From Mytilus californianus (lineage: Eukaryota), in assembly GCF_021869535.1 (NCBI RefSeq), contig NW_026262679.1, positions 96,286,001 to 96,350,000 of the forward strand: DNA of 64,000 nucleotides, read 5' to 3'. This document shows, piece by piece, positions 1-13,412 of the stretch. Position 1 is the stretch's first letter, and the number at the start of each line of letters is the position of its first letter. The notes beneath the pieces are model-generated. The model searched no databases. It saw only the letters and a program-made list of their open reading frames with translations, and was not told the origin of the DNA. Position numbers and translations under genes: made by a program.

Positions 1-104
1 ATACACAAGCGATGAATGTCTTTCTGCAATTACAACATGGAACCAAAACACATAGATAATAGTTTCATGAGGACATTGTTTTTATCCGAGCTTAAGGATA
101 TATC

Positions 105-2360
105 ACATGTAGTTGAATAATAAAAATACTTAATGTTGCGTTTTGAATTCAAAATTTGAAACCAAACGGAAATCTCAAGTATCTGTTGTTTTTAGAATAA
201 CCTTTATATGATAGAAGTTACTTAGTTCATTAATATTTTCTGCCACAGTGTCCGGTTTCGTTTGTTTTAACATTAAAAGAAATAGTAGGCCCCTCTTGAT
301 AATTTTCTTATCAGGAAGAGACATTATTCAACACTAAAAAGTGTTGCATGTACTGATTCACATATAATATGAAAAGGGAATCCTATTTTCCATCTTTTTT
401 TAAGGAAATGTATGTTATAAAATTAGAATATATGCAAAATAAAAGTAAATTTCAAAATTTAGAGGAGATAAAAACATGTATTTCTTAGACATGTGTTAGA
501 GGGAATTTACTTTATTTTGAGGTTTCAAAACATTCTTGCGGTTATTGCAATATGTGATCAAATTATGAATTCATAAAAAGTACCAAAAACGATTATAAAT
601 TTTAGCAACTTTTGTATTAACAGAAAATGAAAAAGACGAACATTCTAAACAAAAACAATAATTCTTTGAGAAGTTAAGTTATGTAATTATTTTCGCTAGA
701 ATTTTATTTGTTTCAATCAAAGATGTCCTTGTTTGCATTTGTTCACAAAAACATCGTTAATATTGTGTCTCTTTACAGAATGATCTTTACTTGTCAGATA
801 TTTAGTTATCTAGTACATTTTTGTCTTAGTTTTTGGTTTGGTATGTTTAAAAATTAAAAGAAATAGTAGTACCCTTTTTATAATTTTCTCTACAGGAAGA
901 GCTGTAGTTATTTTTGAAAAAAAAATACATCTACTGATTATGAATTCTAAGAGAAAGGAATCATGTTTTCTATCTTTTAAATAATTCTGATAATTAACTC
1001 AAATGTATGCAAAGTATAGATTTTTAAAGAGTTAAGTGGTGACAAAAATAATTAATTGCTTAAAAGGAATTCATCCCAACTTCATTTTCGAGGTTCCAAA
1101 ACATTTTGGCATTTTTCTGAACTTATTACCAATTAATAATGTCTGAAAAGTTCTCAAAACGGCAATTCAAATCGAGTACAGAAATTTTAATTTTAAAAAA
1201 ACCAGACGGACGTACTTAGCAAAGCCAACATTATGTGAGAAGTAAAGCTGTTTATTATTTTTTCGGTACAATTTTATTCGTTTTATTAAAGAATATCCTT
1301 CTATGGATTTTGTTTCAAAACATGGCAGTGTTGTTTTCAAATTGTCATTGACAGTAATGCATATGCAGCGCCCAAAGCAGCTTTATTAAAAAGACATATT
1401 TTGAATATCTAAATCCATGTGGGTTGAAAGAAACTTTTTTCCCTTGTCTTACTTCTTTATAAACTCATCACGCGTAGGTAAGGAAATTTCTGTACGTTCT
1501 TTATATGTTTATTTTACTTTGAGTGCCAAAATCTTTGGGACTTTGCGTTACTTAGGGTTGCACATTCGTTATAAATTCTATTAATGAAATATAGTAATTT
1601 AAAATGGAGGTTGTTTTCAGTTTTTATCCAACAATCAGGCCATATAAGTTGAATAATAAAGATACTTAATGCTGCTATTTTAAATCAAAATTTGAATACA
1701 TCAGGAAATCTCAAGTATCTGTTGTTATTTAATTTTGTCTGTTTAAAGGTTATTTATTTGAGTTCATAAAGTTTTAGAGTTCATTGAGTCCGTAAATATT
1801 GTCACATTTTCCGGTTTCATTTGTTTGTTTAAACATTACAATAAATCGTACATTGTAGTTCCCTTTTAATAAATTTTCTCAGCAGGAAGAATACTAGTCC
1901 TGATTACTTTTGTCGGCATGAATATTACATCTTCTGAGTTATGTTTTCTAAGAGAATGGAAGTCTTTTCCCATCTTTTTAAATTATGATAAGTCAAAATA
2001 AATACAAAGTACAAAGAAATTTGGGAATTTGATGTGATAAAAATAAACAATTACTGAGAAGAATTTAACACGACTTTATTTGCTGGTTACAAAACAATGT
2101 GGCATTGCATTAAAAGTACCCAGAAATGCAATTTTACGTCGATTTTAGAAAATGAATCAAAACAAAAACCAAAACGCTGTGAGAAGTAAAGGAGATGTTT
2201 ATTTTGTTTTTTTCGGTAAAATTTCGTTTTAATTTTGGATATCTTTCTTTATTAAATTAAGAAGATGTGGTGTGATTGTCAATGAGACAACTCTCCACAA
2301 GAGACTATTGCACTTTTTTCACAAAAACACGGCAGTGTTATACCAAAATTGTATCCAATA
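105..2360. repeat. Three diverged tandem copies of a ~0.6-0.7 kb non-coding unit (~105-760, ~830-1340, ~1645-2360)
   Basis: Recurrent blocks: agttgaataataaa..tacttaatg (~110, ~1650); aattttct..caggaaga (~300, ~880, ~1875); gagaagt(t/a)aa (~670, ~1238, ~2180); caaaaaca(t/c)(c/g)g (~745, ~1317, ~2325). No shared open frame. Confidence 0.7.
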
Positions 2361-3660
2361 GTAATGCTAAAAGTCAGTTATATTTAATTGACATATATGA
2401 GTATAATAATTTAAACTCTCTATAATATTCAAAGTGGATTCAAGATCTTTCCGATTTTTTTCGTTGCCATACTGCTTTATAAATTCATAACGCGTTCGTA
2501 CAGCTTTTTTTTTTAAATTCATTATGTTTTTGTCCTGTCCTGCTTTGGCTGACAACAACTTGATGCGTCTGAGATAGCTTCGAGACACAACTTAAGAGTG
2601 TCCTAAGATGATCCTAAGTCCATCTTAAAATTGGTCTTATATTGTGTCTTAGGACGAATCTTAGGATACCCTCGAGAACACCACCCCAGGAATATAACAG
2701 TTCTAAATGACGTTTTTAGAGCAGCTCTCTTATTGTGATTTGGGAAAGGGGCAATTAGCTTGACTTCCCTTAATTTTGATAGTCATATTTTAGATTAAAA
2801 AGATAGCATAGTAAAAATCATCTCAGCTTTTGGTGTGTAATGCTGCTTAAGCAGTGAAGAAATATACTTCCAATATTTTCTTAATAATAATAAAAAATAA
2901 GTTATATACTTTCTTTAGAAAGACAACTATACAAGTTGATGATCACTTTGGGTGTGGAAATAATAGTCTTTTATTAAAAAGCAATACAGCTTATAAATTT
3001 ACAGCGTTAGTGATTAATTAAATAGTGTGCTTTACCATTAAAAATACATTTTAATCATTGAATCATCGCTAATTACATGTAAAATATTTGGATTACACAG
3101 TGATAATGCTTTTCTCGAAGATTTTTTTTACCCGATTTCAATTGACATTATACGATCTTATATGTTATGTTACATATGAAGTTTGATATTGGTATGTAAA
3201 TTTTGGCACGCACTAAATAAATATTAACACAGTTCATAAAGGTAAAAAACAAAAACAAATAATAATTACAATTTACATAACATCCAATACTAAAAAATAA
3301 TCACGATTAGTGATACCAGAATCTTTTGTTTGAAATAATATAGACACAATAAAAATAAAAATAGATAAATAAATAATGACAGAAAAAATGACAGAAAAAA
3401 TTAACAAAAAAAAATTAACAAATACATAGATAAATAGATAAACAATTAAATATGAAATTAATAAATAAAAAATAAAAGTAATAAGACAAATAAAATTGAT
3501 AATTAAAGTAAAATAAATTAATTGAATTAATAACTATATAGATATTAAAATACAACTGTCAATGACTACTAACAATAGCAACTATCCAAAATATTCCTGG
3601 TCAGAACTGTCAGAATCTGTTCTAGGTTAGAACTATTCAAACATGTTCTAAATTAGAACA

Positions 3661-4135
3661 TATTCTGTCAGGTCACAGAAATATAGATTCCATCACTGCA
3701 TCAAGTGTATTACGATATTTCTTCACTCGAGACAGTTTAATTTTACAAATTGAAACGCGAGGCTTGCCGAGATTTTTAAATATTTAAAATTTAACTAAAG
3801 TAGAACATAATTATTCTGTCAGGTCACAGAAATATAGATTCCACCACTGCATCAAGTGTATTACGATATTTCTCCACTCGAGACAGTTTAATTTTACAAA
3901 TTGAAACGCGAGCCTTGCCGAGATTTTTAAATATTTAAAATTTAACTGTTGAGGTATAAAGTCGTCTTTTTCATGACGTCATAGGGGGAACTTCAAAAGA
4001 AATTAAAAAAAATTAGCGTCATATTATAATTGAATTCCTACCAATTATTTGCAGAGAACAAAGTTTTCTCTAGAGATGAGAAATATTTTTCTCACACCGA
4101 TCGAGAAATGTGAAAAAAGCATGAAAATTAGAGAA
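3661..4135 (+). mobile_element. Unclassified non-autonomous DNA element whose first 136 bp are tandemly duplicated
   Basis: 3661-3796 and 3812-3947 are near identical (period 151). The sequence continues into a cactcgagacag..gaaacgcgag..ttttctcacaccg-type repeat recognised from memory; ends not resolved. Confidence 0.5.
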
Positions 4136-4232
4136 GAACAGTTCTACCGCCTGTTTTAAAAAAGTTTTCTTGACAGTTTCTGATGCTTTTATAGAGGTAA
4201 AAACTGATCTAATCTGTAAACATTCTTTAGAT

Positions 4233-4483
4233 TTGCACGTGTCTAAGGTCTGTACGTTTCTTAGAATTGTACGTTTCTGAGGTTTGTATGTTCTTTAGGT
4301 TTGTAAGTTCCTGAGGTCAGCACGTTCATTAGGTAAGTGCGTTCTATAGGTAGGAAGTATTTGAGGTCTGTCTGTTCCTTAGTTTTGTACGTTTGTGAGA
4401 TATGAACTTTTCATTGGATTGTAAGTGTCTGAGGTCGGTATGTTCATTCGGGTTTTACCATACTGAGATCTGCACATTCCTTA
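4233..4483. repeat. Degenerate ~17-bp minisatellite (~15 units, consensus ~ t(g/t)aggtytgtacgttyc)
   Basis: Successive units tgaggtttgtatgttct, ttaggtttgtaagttcc, tgaggtcagcacgttca, ttaggtaagtgcgttct etc. Confidence 0.8.
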
Positions 4484-4689
4484 TAAATGCTACTTTGGAA
4501 ATTACTATCGAACAAAAACTATAAAAGTCTTTCTGCATTTAGACCATGGAACAAAACTAGGTGGATAATAATTAAATGTGACGTTCTTTTCCGTTTTTAT
4601 CTTGGAATAAGGCGAAAATCCGGCTGCGTTGAAGATTATTTGTGGCCTGTTTTTGTTTATATGTCTTTTTGATCGAATGAAGCCATTTC

Positions 4690-5075
4690 AATTGATATTT
4701 TATAGTGGATCTTTTTATGTTGTTATGTTACACTACTGTTTCAGGTTAGGGTGAAGGTTGGCGATGGTTTAAACGTTTAAACCCGCTGCATTTGTATGCA
4801 CCTGTCCTAAGTCAGGAACCTGTTGTTCAGTGGTTATCGTTTGTTGATGTGGTTCATAAGTGTTTTTCGTTTCTCCTTTTTTATATAGATTAGACCGTTG
4901 GTTTTCCTGTTTGAATTGTTTTACACTAGTTATTTTGGGGCCCTTTATAGCTTGCTGTAACACTATAGCCAAGGCTCCGCGTTAAAGGCCGTACTTTGAC
5001 TTATAATTGATTACTGTTTACATATTGTGACTTGGATGGAGAGTTGTCTCATTGGCACTCATACTACATCTTCTT
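4690..5075 (+). mobile_element. Dispersed retroelement 3'-tail repeat (Penelope-like/SINE-like family)
   Basis: Near-identical blocks (cctgtcctaagtcag..ggggccctttatagcttgctg..ggatggagagttgtctcattggc..cataccacatcttc) also at 8398-8662 and 9990-10410; related reverse copies at 18175-18530, 20060-20125 and 2255-2300. Confidence 0.75.
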
Positions 5076-5692
5076 GTTTATATTTTGTGCTGTTTCCTGC
5101 TCTTTGGTCGGGTTGTTGTCTCTTTGACCCATTCCCCGTTTCCATTGTCTATTCTATTAAATTAATGCTACTATTTTAGATCAAATTCGAATCCAAACAG
5201 AAATTTGACTTTGTCTAATTTTATACTTTTTAAGAACTAAGCAGAAGACTCATTTAAAGTAACATCATGAAATATCTGGTTTTAAATGGAAAGCAATCAA
5301 GCAATAATCCAAACATTTAGATGAGAATTATAGAGAAAAAGGCGAAAGGCTTACAGTCCGCCGTTGTTTTTATTTCCAATAAAAACAATATTTTATGGGA
5401 GATATCTTTTCCATTAATTGTTTAAAAGAATATAAATTTCAACATTTTACTTTAATAGTCTGTCTTAATTCAAAGAATGAACTTTATATGAAAGATGCTA
5501 ATTGAGTAATTTGTATGTGCAGGAATAATATATAAGACAACCATTCAACAGTGTACAATTTTATATCGACCGAGTTTTGTTTTTCAGGTTAGGAATCCTG
5601 TTATCACCCTTTTTTAAAAACAAAATAATGATATAAGCAAAATAGAAACAAATTAACGAATACTCAGTTGCTCTTGTAACTCCCTCTAGTTT

Positions 5693-5808
5693 GAGATACG
5701 TATCCTCTGTGGTTTATTAATGAGATACGTATCCTCTGTGGTTTATTAATGAAATACGTATCCTCTGTCTTTTATAAATGAGATACGTATCCTCTGTGGC
5801 TTATTAAT
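5693..5808. repeat. 29-bp tandem repeat x4 (gagatacgtatcctctgtggtttattaat)
   Basis: Four consecutive units read directly; units 1 and 2 are identical. Confidence 0.95.
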
Positions 5809-6236
5809 ATCTCTTCGTGTATATATCGAAGTTTGCATCGAATGGCGAGTGTTGCATGTTCTCCAGTTGGAGGATCATTCGATATCCTCTGGTGGTTTAA
5901 CTTCTCTCGGTTGGTATGTACGAAATTTAAAGCACCGATAAAATTATTTTCCTCTATTATTATTCTACCCTAGGAGTGTGAGTGTTACTTATGAAAATTC
6001 AATTTAGATAGGTGCACCAAATCTTTGAAATACTCCTATAAATGAAATCATTTAGTAGTTATGTTATATGTAGATTTGTTGCCGGTTTATCTTAAAAAAC
6101 GAAATTTAAGTTAAATTATGTTATGTCTCCATACGGCTGTTTTAACGAAAAATGGCGGTTCGTCTACTTAGATTGAATCAGCCGTACTTATTATTTTAAT
6201 TACTGTGACTTGACTGTTAGTGTTGCTCTCCACCTA

Positions 6237-6563
6237 AGCTTTCATACAATTTTTCCTTTCGAAAAGTCTTTTATATTCATAAGAATCAGATATCATTTGA
6301 ATTTAGACATCTTATATTCTGTAAAATATATGTGAATTACAATACGTTTTTAGTAAGTTTCCATGGGAGATAATCAATTTTGTTTTCGAAAAGTCTTCTA
6401 TATTCATAAGAATAAAGATTTTAGATTATCACCCATGGAAACTTATTAACATCGTATTGTAATTTCACATATATTTCACTGAATATAAGATGTTTTAATT
6501 CAAATGATGTCTGATTCTTATGAATAAAGAAGACTTTTTCGAAAGAAAAATTGTATGAAAGCT
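6237..6563. mobile_element. Fold-back MITE with ~140-bp inverted arms, flanked by TA
   Basis: The left arm agctttcatacaatttt..ccatgggagataatc is the reverse complement of the right arm gattatcacccatgg..aaaattgtatgaaagct. TA on both sides (6235-36, 6564-65) is the Tc1/mariner-type target. Confidence 0.75.
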
Positions 6564-8397
6564 TAGTTTGGACATTTCTATAGCAATTTAAAATTACTAC
6601 CTATCACCTTTAGCGTGACAATTACAATAAACTTTGTATAGAAATTGTTAGACTGATTTTTCATAATATCATTGAAGTGGAATTAAAGTCTTAAAGGATT
6701 GTAAGTATGCGTTATTTTATCACCTTGCACTTTCACCACTTGACTGTTTTCTACAGCAGTTTTTTAAAATTTCTGACCAGTTGAACAGTTTGGTTTTATA
6801 AAACAAATTGCAATTTGGTCAGAATTTTAAATAAACTGCAATAGGTGGAGAGCAACACTTGCAGTCAAGTTACACTAACAGTTTATCTTCCATACACTTC
6901 AAAAAATAAGATTGGAGATAACATTTTTATTAATTTTGTAGAAATAATCTTAAACTTTGGAAGAGGTAGAGCTTATTCACCATGCATGTATATCACAATG
7001 GGACTATTTTGAATCACTTTCCAATCTTTAGTAAAATTTACAATACCACAGCTTCATATTTGTGTTATGTGTTTTTAACAAAATTAAGTTTTATTTTTTA
7101 AATATAGCCAATTAAATGGGTAAAAATAATAAGAATATGACATTTTAAAACAAATAAACAAATATTGTAACCATATATACATGTACATATGCCATACATC
7201 ATACAATTTTTTTTACACGAATTATAGTATCCTCTTCAAGGGACCAGCTGTTGCTTATTCATTGCAATTCGAATCAACTTAGTAATGAAGATAACAAACT
7301 ATATACTAATTTATATAATAATATGTTGTGTACAAGTAATTATGTTTTCCGAATTTGTGTACAAATGCGCAGTATTTACGAATTGAATAGAACAAGCACA
7401 TTGTCTTTTATTTAGCTTTTTATTGTCATATTGCATGTCTATATGCTATAGCGATGAACAAACACTCAAATATTTTTATAAGACATTTCGGACATTGATA
7501 TATCTAGCGGCCATTTGGAGAAGAACTGACAATTGATACACAAAACAAATATAAAAGGATCACACCACATACGATTACAAGCACTAATGTATATTATCAA
7601 ATATTGTTGTACTAAAAAGATGATATTGAAAATATTCTCTAAGACTTCCGTTTTTACTCATTGATGATCTAGAATGCCTTTACAAATACTAATTTCCCTA
7701 ATAATCTACAAAACTGGTGTCAACATGAATGAAGATATTACGTTTTACTATCGTGACAGAATAAAGTGGTATGATTTTCTTAGTGATCTCCTTATAGGGA
7801 ATTAAAAACCATTGATAAAACTTTATTTGTTTAAACTGATAATGCACGATTGATCCCTAAACGTTTAAAATAAGTTATTTCCTTGTGATGGAATGAGAAA
7901 ATCTTGTCCGTTTCGTGTGTTTGAACAATGATTTGGTCGATCACGTTCAGTGTTAATACCTGTGGAACAGTTTGAACAATTATAACATCGATAAGATATT
8001 GATTAATTCAAAAGTTTTATGATAAAGCTTAAAATATAACAACGCTTGTATCCATTCACAATTGAAACATTGATAATTTACCTTAAAATTCTAAATTCTG
8101 TGATTATAACATCTCTTGTACGTTTTCCACGGTTTGTCATGGTAAAATAATTAAATATCTTGGAAATGGTTTTATAGCCGAAAGTCTGAATTCGGCTTTA
8201 TATAGCTTGACATATTGAAAAAACTACATGTAAACCTCTATATTTTAACAGGGAATGTGTGTCATAGTGTTGCTGTCCTATTTACATATACCCAACATCT
8301 CTTCATAATAAAGTTAATATCACACGTTATTCTCTTAATGCGGATTGAGACAATGTGTTCGTTGCTTGCCCTATCCGTCATTCTTTGCACAAAAATG

Positions 8398-8662
8398 AAC
8401 AAGGAACCTGTTGTTCAGTGGTTGTCGTTTGTTGATGTGGTTCATAGGTGTTTCTCGTTTTTCGTTTTTATATAGATTAAACCGTTGGTTTTCCTGTTTA
8501 AATTGTTTTACACTAGTCATTTTGGGGCCCTTTATAGCTTGCTGTTCGGTGTGAGCCAAGACTCCGTGTTGAAGGCCGTACTTTGACCTATAATTGTTAA
8601 CTTTTATTACATTGTGACTTGGATGGAGAGTTGTTTCAATGGCACTCATACCACGTCTTCTT
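8398..8662 (+). mobile_element. Dispersed retroelement 3'-tail repeat (same family as 4690-5075)
   Basis: Direct similarity to 4810-5075 and 10140-10410; explains the similar spurious ORFs 4769-4972 and 8371-8649. Confidence 0.75.
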
Positions 8663-9129
8663 ATTTGTATTTACATGCATTTTTATATATACATGTAATC
8701 ACGTCATGATAATTGGACATTATTCTATTCAGAGTGGACGTTAGCAAACAAAAAATTTCTTCTTATGACACTACTTTTATACTGCAGCAGATTGTTCGAT
8801 ACCGTTGCTGGTGGTCAACATATCCGAGAGGCTACCATTCGAACTGTTGACAGTGGTTTGGCATTCAAAATCACAACAATTTTACTGTTAACTTAAATCT
8901 GACGAATTGTATACCTTTACTGGAACCAAGTATGCAAGTTCATAAGTCAGTCTTATGTTGTTCTATTTCGGCTTATTCAGTTCTGATCCTCTTAGATTGT
9001 TCATGTATTTGTTGTTTTCAAGCATTTGGTCTCGAGTGTATCTAATAAAGAATATTCAATGAACACGTGTCGGTCACACATATTTTTTTAAAATATTTTT
9101 TTAAAAGACAATGAAACTTTACTTTGAAT

Positions 9130-9600
9130 CTGTAAATATTGTACTTAAAGCGCGGAAATCACTATGTGATCTGTGTAAACTCACCGAACCTTTAAACAAA
9201 CTTATTAGTAAAGGTTATCTTATCAATGTTGTAATTAGATCTTTGAATATAGTTTACATTGGCACTAATATCGATTTTGTCATCAGCAAATTAAAACATA
9301 ACTAAATTTGTATTCTTTTCAAACGGGATGTATAAAGACACACCCACGTTCATATTGATCTATAAAGAGGTTAAACTCCTAACTTTCCTACTGCCTGACG
9401 ATATATTTATTTTTGGCATTGCACAAGTCATGTCTTCTTTGACTGTCCATGCCGTTAAAATACTAAATCCCTGGGATGTGTTTTAGTTGATTTTAGTCTC
9501 TGATGCATGATTTTTTATTATTAATTGTTTTTGGTTTTTAACTAGCTGTCAGTAACTGCGAGTACTCTTTAATCGTACTTTCTTGTTTATTTGACCTTTT
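9130..9600 (+). mobile_element. 5'-truncated Penelope-like retroelement: RT C-terminus plus 3' UTR
   Basis: KLTEPLNKLISKGY..VVIRSLNIVYIGTNIDFVISKLKHN* aligns with the end of the RT ORF at 28351 (KLTKPLNRLIKKGYSYDTVVRSLKIAYFGFNIDSLIGSLRRN*). Confidence 0.8.
9428..9510 (+). promoter_or_regulatory. SECIS-like hairpin (form 2) in PLE 3' UTR, 5' core mutated to AUGC
   Basis: ATG[C]c at 9449-53; 10-bp helix II (9454-63/9478-87); AAA 9465-67; mini-stem tcc/gga; tGAt 9488-91; outer pairings gact/agtc and tcatg/catga. Confidence 0.6.
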
Positions 9601-9989
9601 GATACTAATTGTAATGCTTTTTTGTTATCTAATGTTATTCAGGGTTATATCTGGTCTATATACCAGCTTTGATAAGTGTTTGGTATTACTATAAATTTTC
9701 ACTTCGTACTATGAACATCAAAATTATTTATTTTGTAAAAATATTTCCTTTCTCTATTTGAACTGTACACGTATACCCAGCAACAAAATTATTTTCATTT
9801 ACCTGTGTTTAAAGTTATTGCAAATGGCTGATATTTTTGTTCCAGCATATTGTTTTTCTAAAATTGTTTAACATTTCATAGCGGTATAATATGTTACTTT
9901 TATTATTCTTCCCTTAGTTTATTTATTTTGTTTTTACATTGTATCATAGGTCAAATTTATTTGTTCAGTGTATGTTCACTGGTGTTAAT

Positions 9990-10410
9990 ATGTCCTTTGA
10001 TTGACTCTGAGTTAAGCTATTTCAGTTGATATTTTATGGTGTGTCTTTCTATGTTGTGATGTTACACTATTGTTTCAGAAAAAGGGTGAAGGTTTGGTAC
10101 CATTAAAACGTTTAAACCCGCTGCAATTGTTTGCGCCTGTCCTAAGTCAGAAATCTGATGTTCAGTAGTTGTCATTTGTTGATGTGGTTCATAAGTGTTT
10201 CTCGTTTTTATATAGATTAGACCGTTGGTTTTCCCGTTTGAACGGTTTTATACTAGTAATTTTTGGGGCCCTTTATAGCTTGCTGTTCGGTGTGAGCCAA
10301 GGCTCCGTGTTGAAGACCGTACTTTAACCTATAATGGTTTACTTTTATAGATTTTGACTTGGATGGAGAGTTGTCTCATTGGTACTCATACCACATCTTC
10401 TTATATCTAT
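9990..10410 (+). mobile_element. Dispersed retroelement 3'-tail repeat (same family as 4690-5075)
   Basis: Direct similarity over ~400 bp to 4690-5075. Confidence 0.75.
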
Positions 10411-11084
10411 GCAAGTAAAAGCTAGTGAAGCAGGCTCAAGCAGCATTCACATATCATTAACAATACATATCCAGAGTGAACGGGAAGACTATGCATGAAG
10501 TATAAAACCACGTGCCAGCGACCAAAGCAGTTTCATTATAATAATATTGAGTATTTCATAGTAATAATGTAATGATTTTCCCGGGCTGACAGACTCAGAA
10601 AATGAGAACCAATGTACTTATTAATGTGAGATGATCCCAAGGGGCTATCAAATACCATAAGTCAGCTGACAACACCATAACCATGTAGGAAAAAGCCAAT
10701 TTTAACTGAACGAGGAAATGTGACGCTGCAGCCTTATCTCAAATGTCAGTAAACTGGAGGAGCTAAACACACACTCAATCTGTAAGTCACCATTATATAT
10801 ACGTATACCATATCAGATTCTGTTCTGCAGGCATATACAAAAAAGGCAGAATAAGTATAATTTTCTAAAGAGTTTCTTAGTCCGAGGGAGACAATTTCAC
10901 GAAAATACGGCAACCAGAACGGACCGCATTTAACTCGATATGTAAGACATCATTATTCACTAATATACTAACGTGTCAAATCAATATCTACAGGAATAAC
11001 GAAAAAATATAAATCTGGACAACTGTTTTCAAAAGGACAGATGAACGGAAACCAAACTAATATTATTGTTATATATATACATAT

Positions 11085-11650
11085 GCACATTCATGGTTCT
11101 ACAATCTGTCGATATCCGATTACCTGTATTTTTGGCATTGCACAATGTCATGTTTTTCTCTGGCACCTTTACTAAATCCATTGGATGTTGGATGTGTACT
11201 GATTGATATTTTAGTCTTAGATACATGATTTTTTTATTAGTTGTTATTGGCTTTGAACTAGCCGTCAGTAACTGTGAGAACTCTCAGGTCTGTACTTAGT
11301 GTCATTTTTGTTGTAGGGATGTATAAATACCCTGCCACTTCCGGTCTGTGTTTTTACTACTTGTTTTTCTGCTTTGTATCGATCTGATGAGTTAAGTCCT
11401 TTTCAACTGATTTTTATAGTTAGTTCATATGTTGTACTGTTACACCACGTTCCCAGGTTAGGGGGAGGGTTGGGCGCCCGCTAACATGTTTAACCCCGTC
11501 ACATTCTGTATCTGCCTGTTCCAAGTAACGAGCCTGTAATTCAGTGGTTGTCGTTTGTTGCTGTATATCATATTTGTATTTCTTTATTGTTTTTTTTTAC
11601 ATAAATCATGCCTTTAGTTTCTCGTTTGAATCGTTTTACATTTGTCATAA
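11085..11650 (+). mobile_element. Penelope-like 3' UTR fragment (related to 9400-9600)
   Basis: Shares tttttggcattgcacaa..tcatg..actaaatcc..ttttagtc..catgattttt..aactag.gtcagtaactg with 9410-9570; the AUGA side of the SECIS-like stem is deleted here. Confidence 0.7.
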
Positions 11651-13412
11651 TATTGGTACCGTTTAATGTTTTTAATTCCATTTTTCTTTTAAGGTACATT
11701 CACTGTATACCGCCATCTTGGATTGTACAATAGCAATACACAATTGGTCTAGTTCTTAGCCTTAATCTGAAAATTTTGAGACAGATTTGCAATTCATGTG
11801 TAAGATTGTTTATTTGTATAAAGAAAAATAAGTGATTTATTGCATTATCTAAAATGTTTAAACAAATATCAAATAATTGTGTTTTTTAGAATCAATTTTT
11901 CAACTTGGCCATTTAAGGGGAGATAACTCTTATAGTAAATTTTTTATACTGGAATGATAGTGAAATTTTCATTTTTTTATATGTAGAAAGTAAACAAGTT
12001 CGGTGACACCATTTTTTTCCTTTTATTTTCTTAAAGCATATTATAAAACCTATCTTCTCATATTTTATTTCAAAATTCTATCTCATAGATTTCATTTAAT
12101 TCACAAAAATGTGTTTTTTCGTGAACAAACTATGCAAATTTGAGCAATTTTGCACAACTTGTAGCTTGAAAAATAGCACGGCGACCCATACTTTTTATTA
12201 TCTTTTTAAAAAAAGCATAGTAAAATCTTCATTTTGGCAAAGTATAAGAAAATTCTATCTGAGGAAATATATACCGATGATCCACCCTAAGAAGCCTTTG
12301 TTAAATAGCTTCTTTGTTACAGCTAAATAAGTATCAAGTTACAAATGTCTGAGAATACTGCATTAACTAGGAAATGTATATTCAACATGCATTGCTGATA
12401 GTTTGACGTTTCATAAAAATGGAAAGTTGAAAATAAGAAATATTCCATTGAATGTAGTTCTCAGTCAATCAGAACTGTTTATTTCCATATGAAGAGATGA
12501 AATGGACCTTGTTGTATCTGTTTCATCCGTTACCGTATTATCAATGGGATAGATACGATTATTCTAGTTAATTTTCTTTGAATTTTAAAATAATGGAATA
12601 TATCTACAAAGCAAAGCGATATAGTTTTGTGCTTTGTACATTGGGACAACATCATATGCGTCATGACTGGCAGGTGTCTAGTTTAATAAATGAATATTAA
12701 ACAGCAAATATTTCAACATTGGTATGATACATTTGTTTTTTATTCTGCTATTGTCTAATATGCATCACTTGTAGTACAGTTTGTGCTCTTTCTTTTTCAA
12801 TTGTATATAATGAACGGCAATTTCCTATTTCAAGCTTTGTGCAATATTATTTTGTGGTAATATTTTAGTGATATGTAAGGTAAAGAACATTAAACTAAAC
12901 AGTAGCTCACAAAAATCTGTTTCCATTATGTATTTGCAGAATTATTGAAAGATTAACACATCAGAAGAACTTTATGAAATGATACATTAAAAAAAAGATA
13001 ACAGGAATCACCAAAAATATTAAACAGTACAGCAAACATCACAAACTACAAACATCTGATTCCTCAGAAAAATTATATACAAAAACGTACGTATAACACA
13101 TGCTTCATGTAGCTGGACACAGGCACAACATTAAAGAACAAAATTTGAAATGAGTAAAAACGACAAGTCAAATTAATGGAGTTGTGTATTGGCATATGAG
13201 ATTACCAGGGAGGCCTAATTGGAAACGCATGGGATATACAATCTGTAGATTCATTTTCTTTTAAGGAAAAATAAAAAAAAAACGATATCAAAGAAAATAA
13301 TCAAACCATATTAATCGGAAAAAAGGATAACACCATGAACAAAATACAGAGGCAAAAAGATATTCAACAGAAAAACTGAAGATTGAGCAAGACAAACCTT
13401 TTCAAAATTCAG

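Noticed and set aside
2367-2588. 73-aa charged ORF
   Set aside because: GTG start overlapping a repeat fragment, no motif, no splice support; length is within chance expectation.
11382-11410. ctgatgag as another hammerhead core
   Set aside because: No stem II followed by GAAA and no stem I partner.
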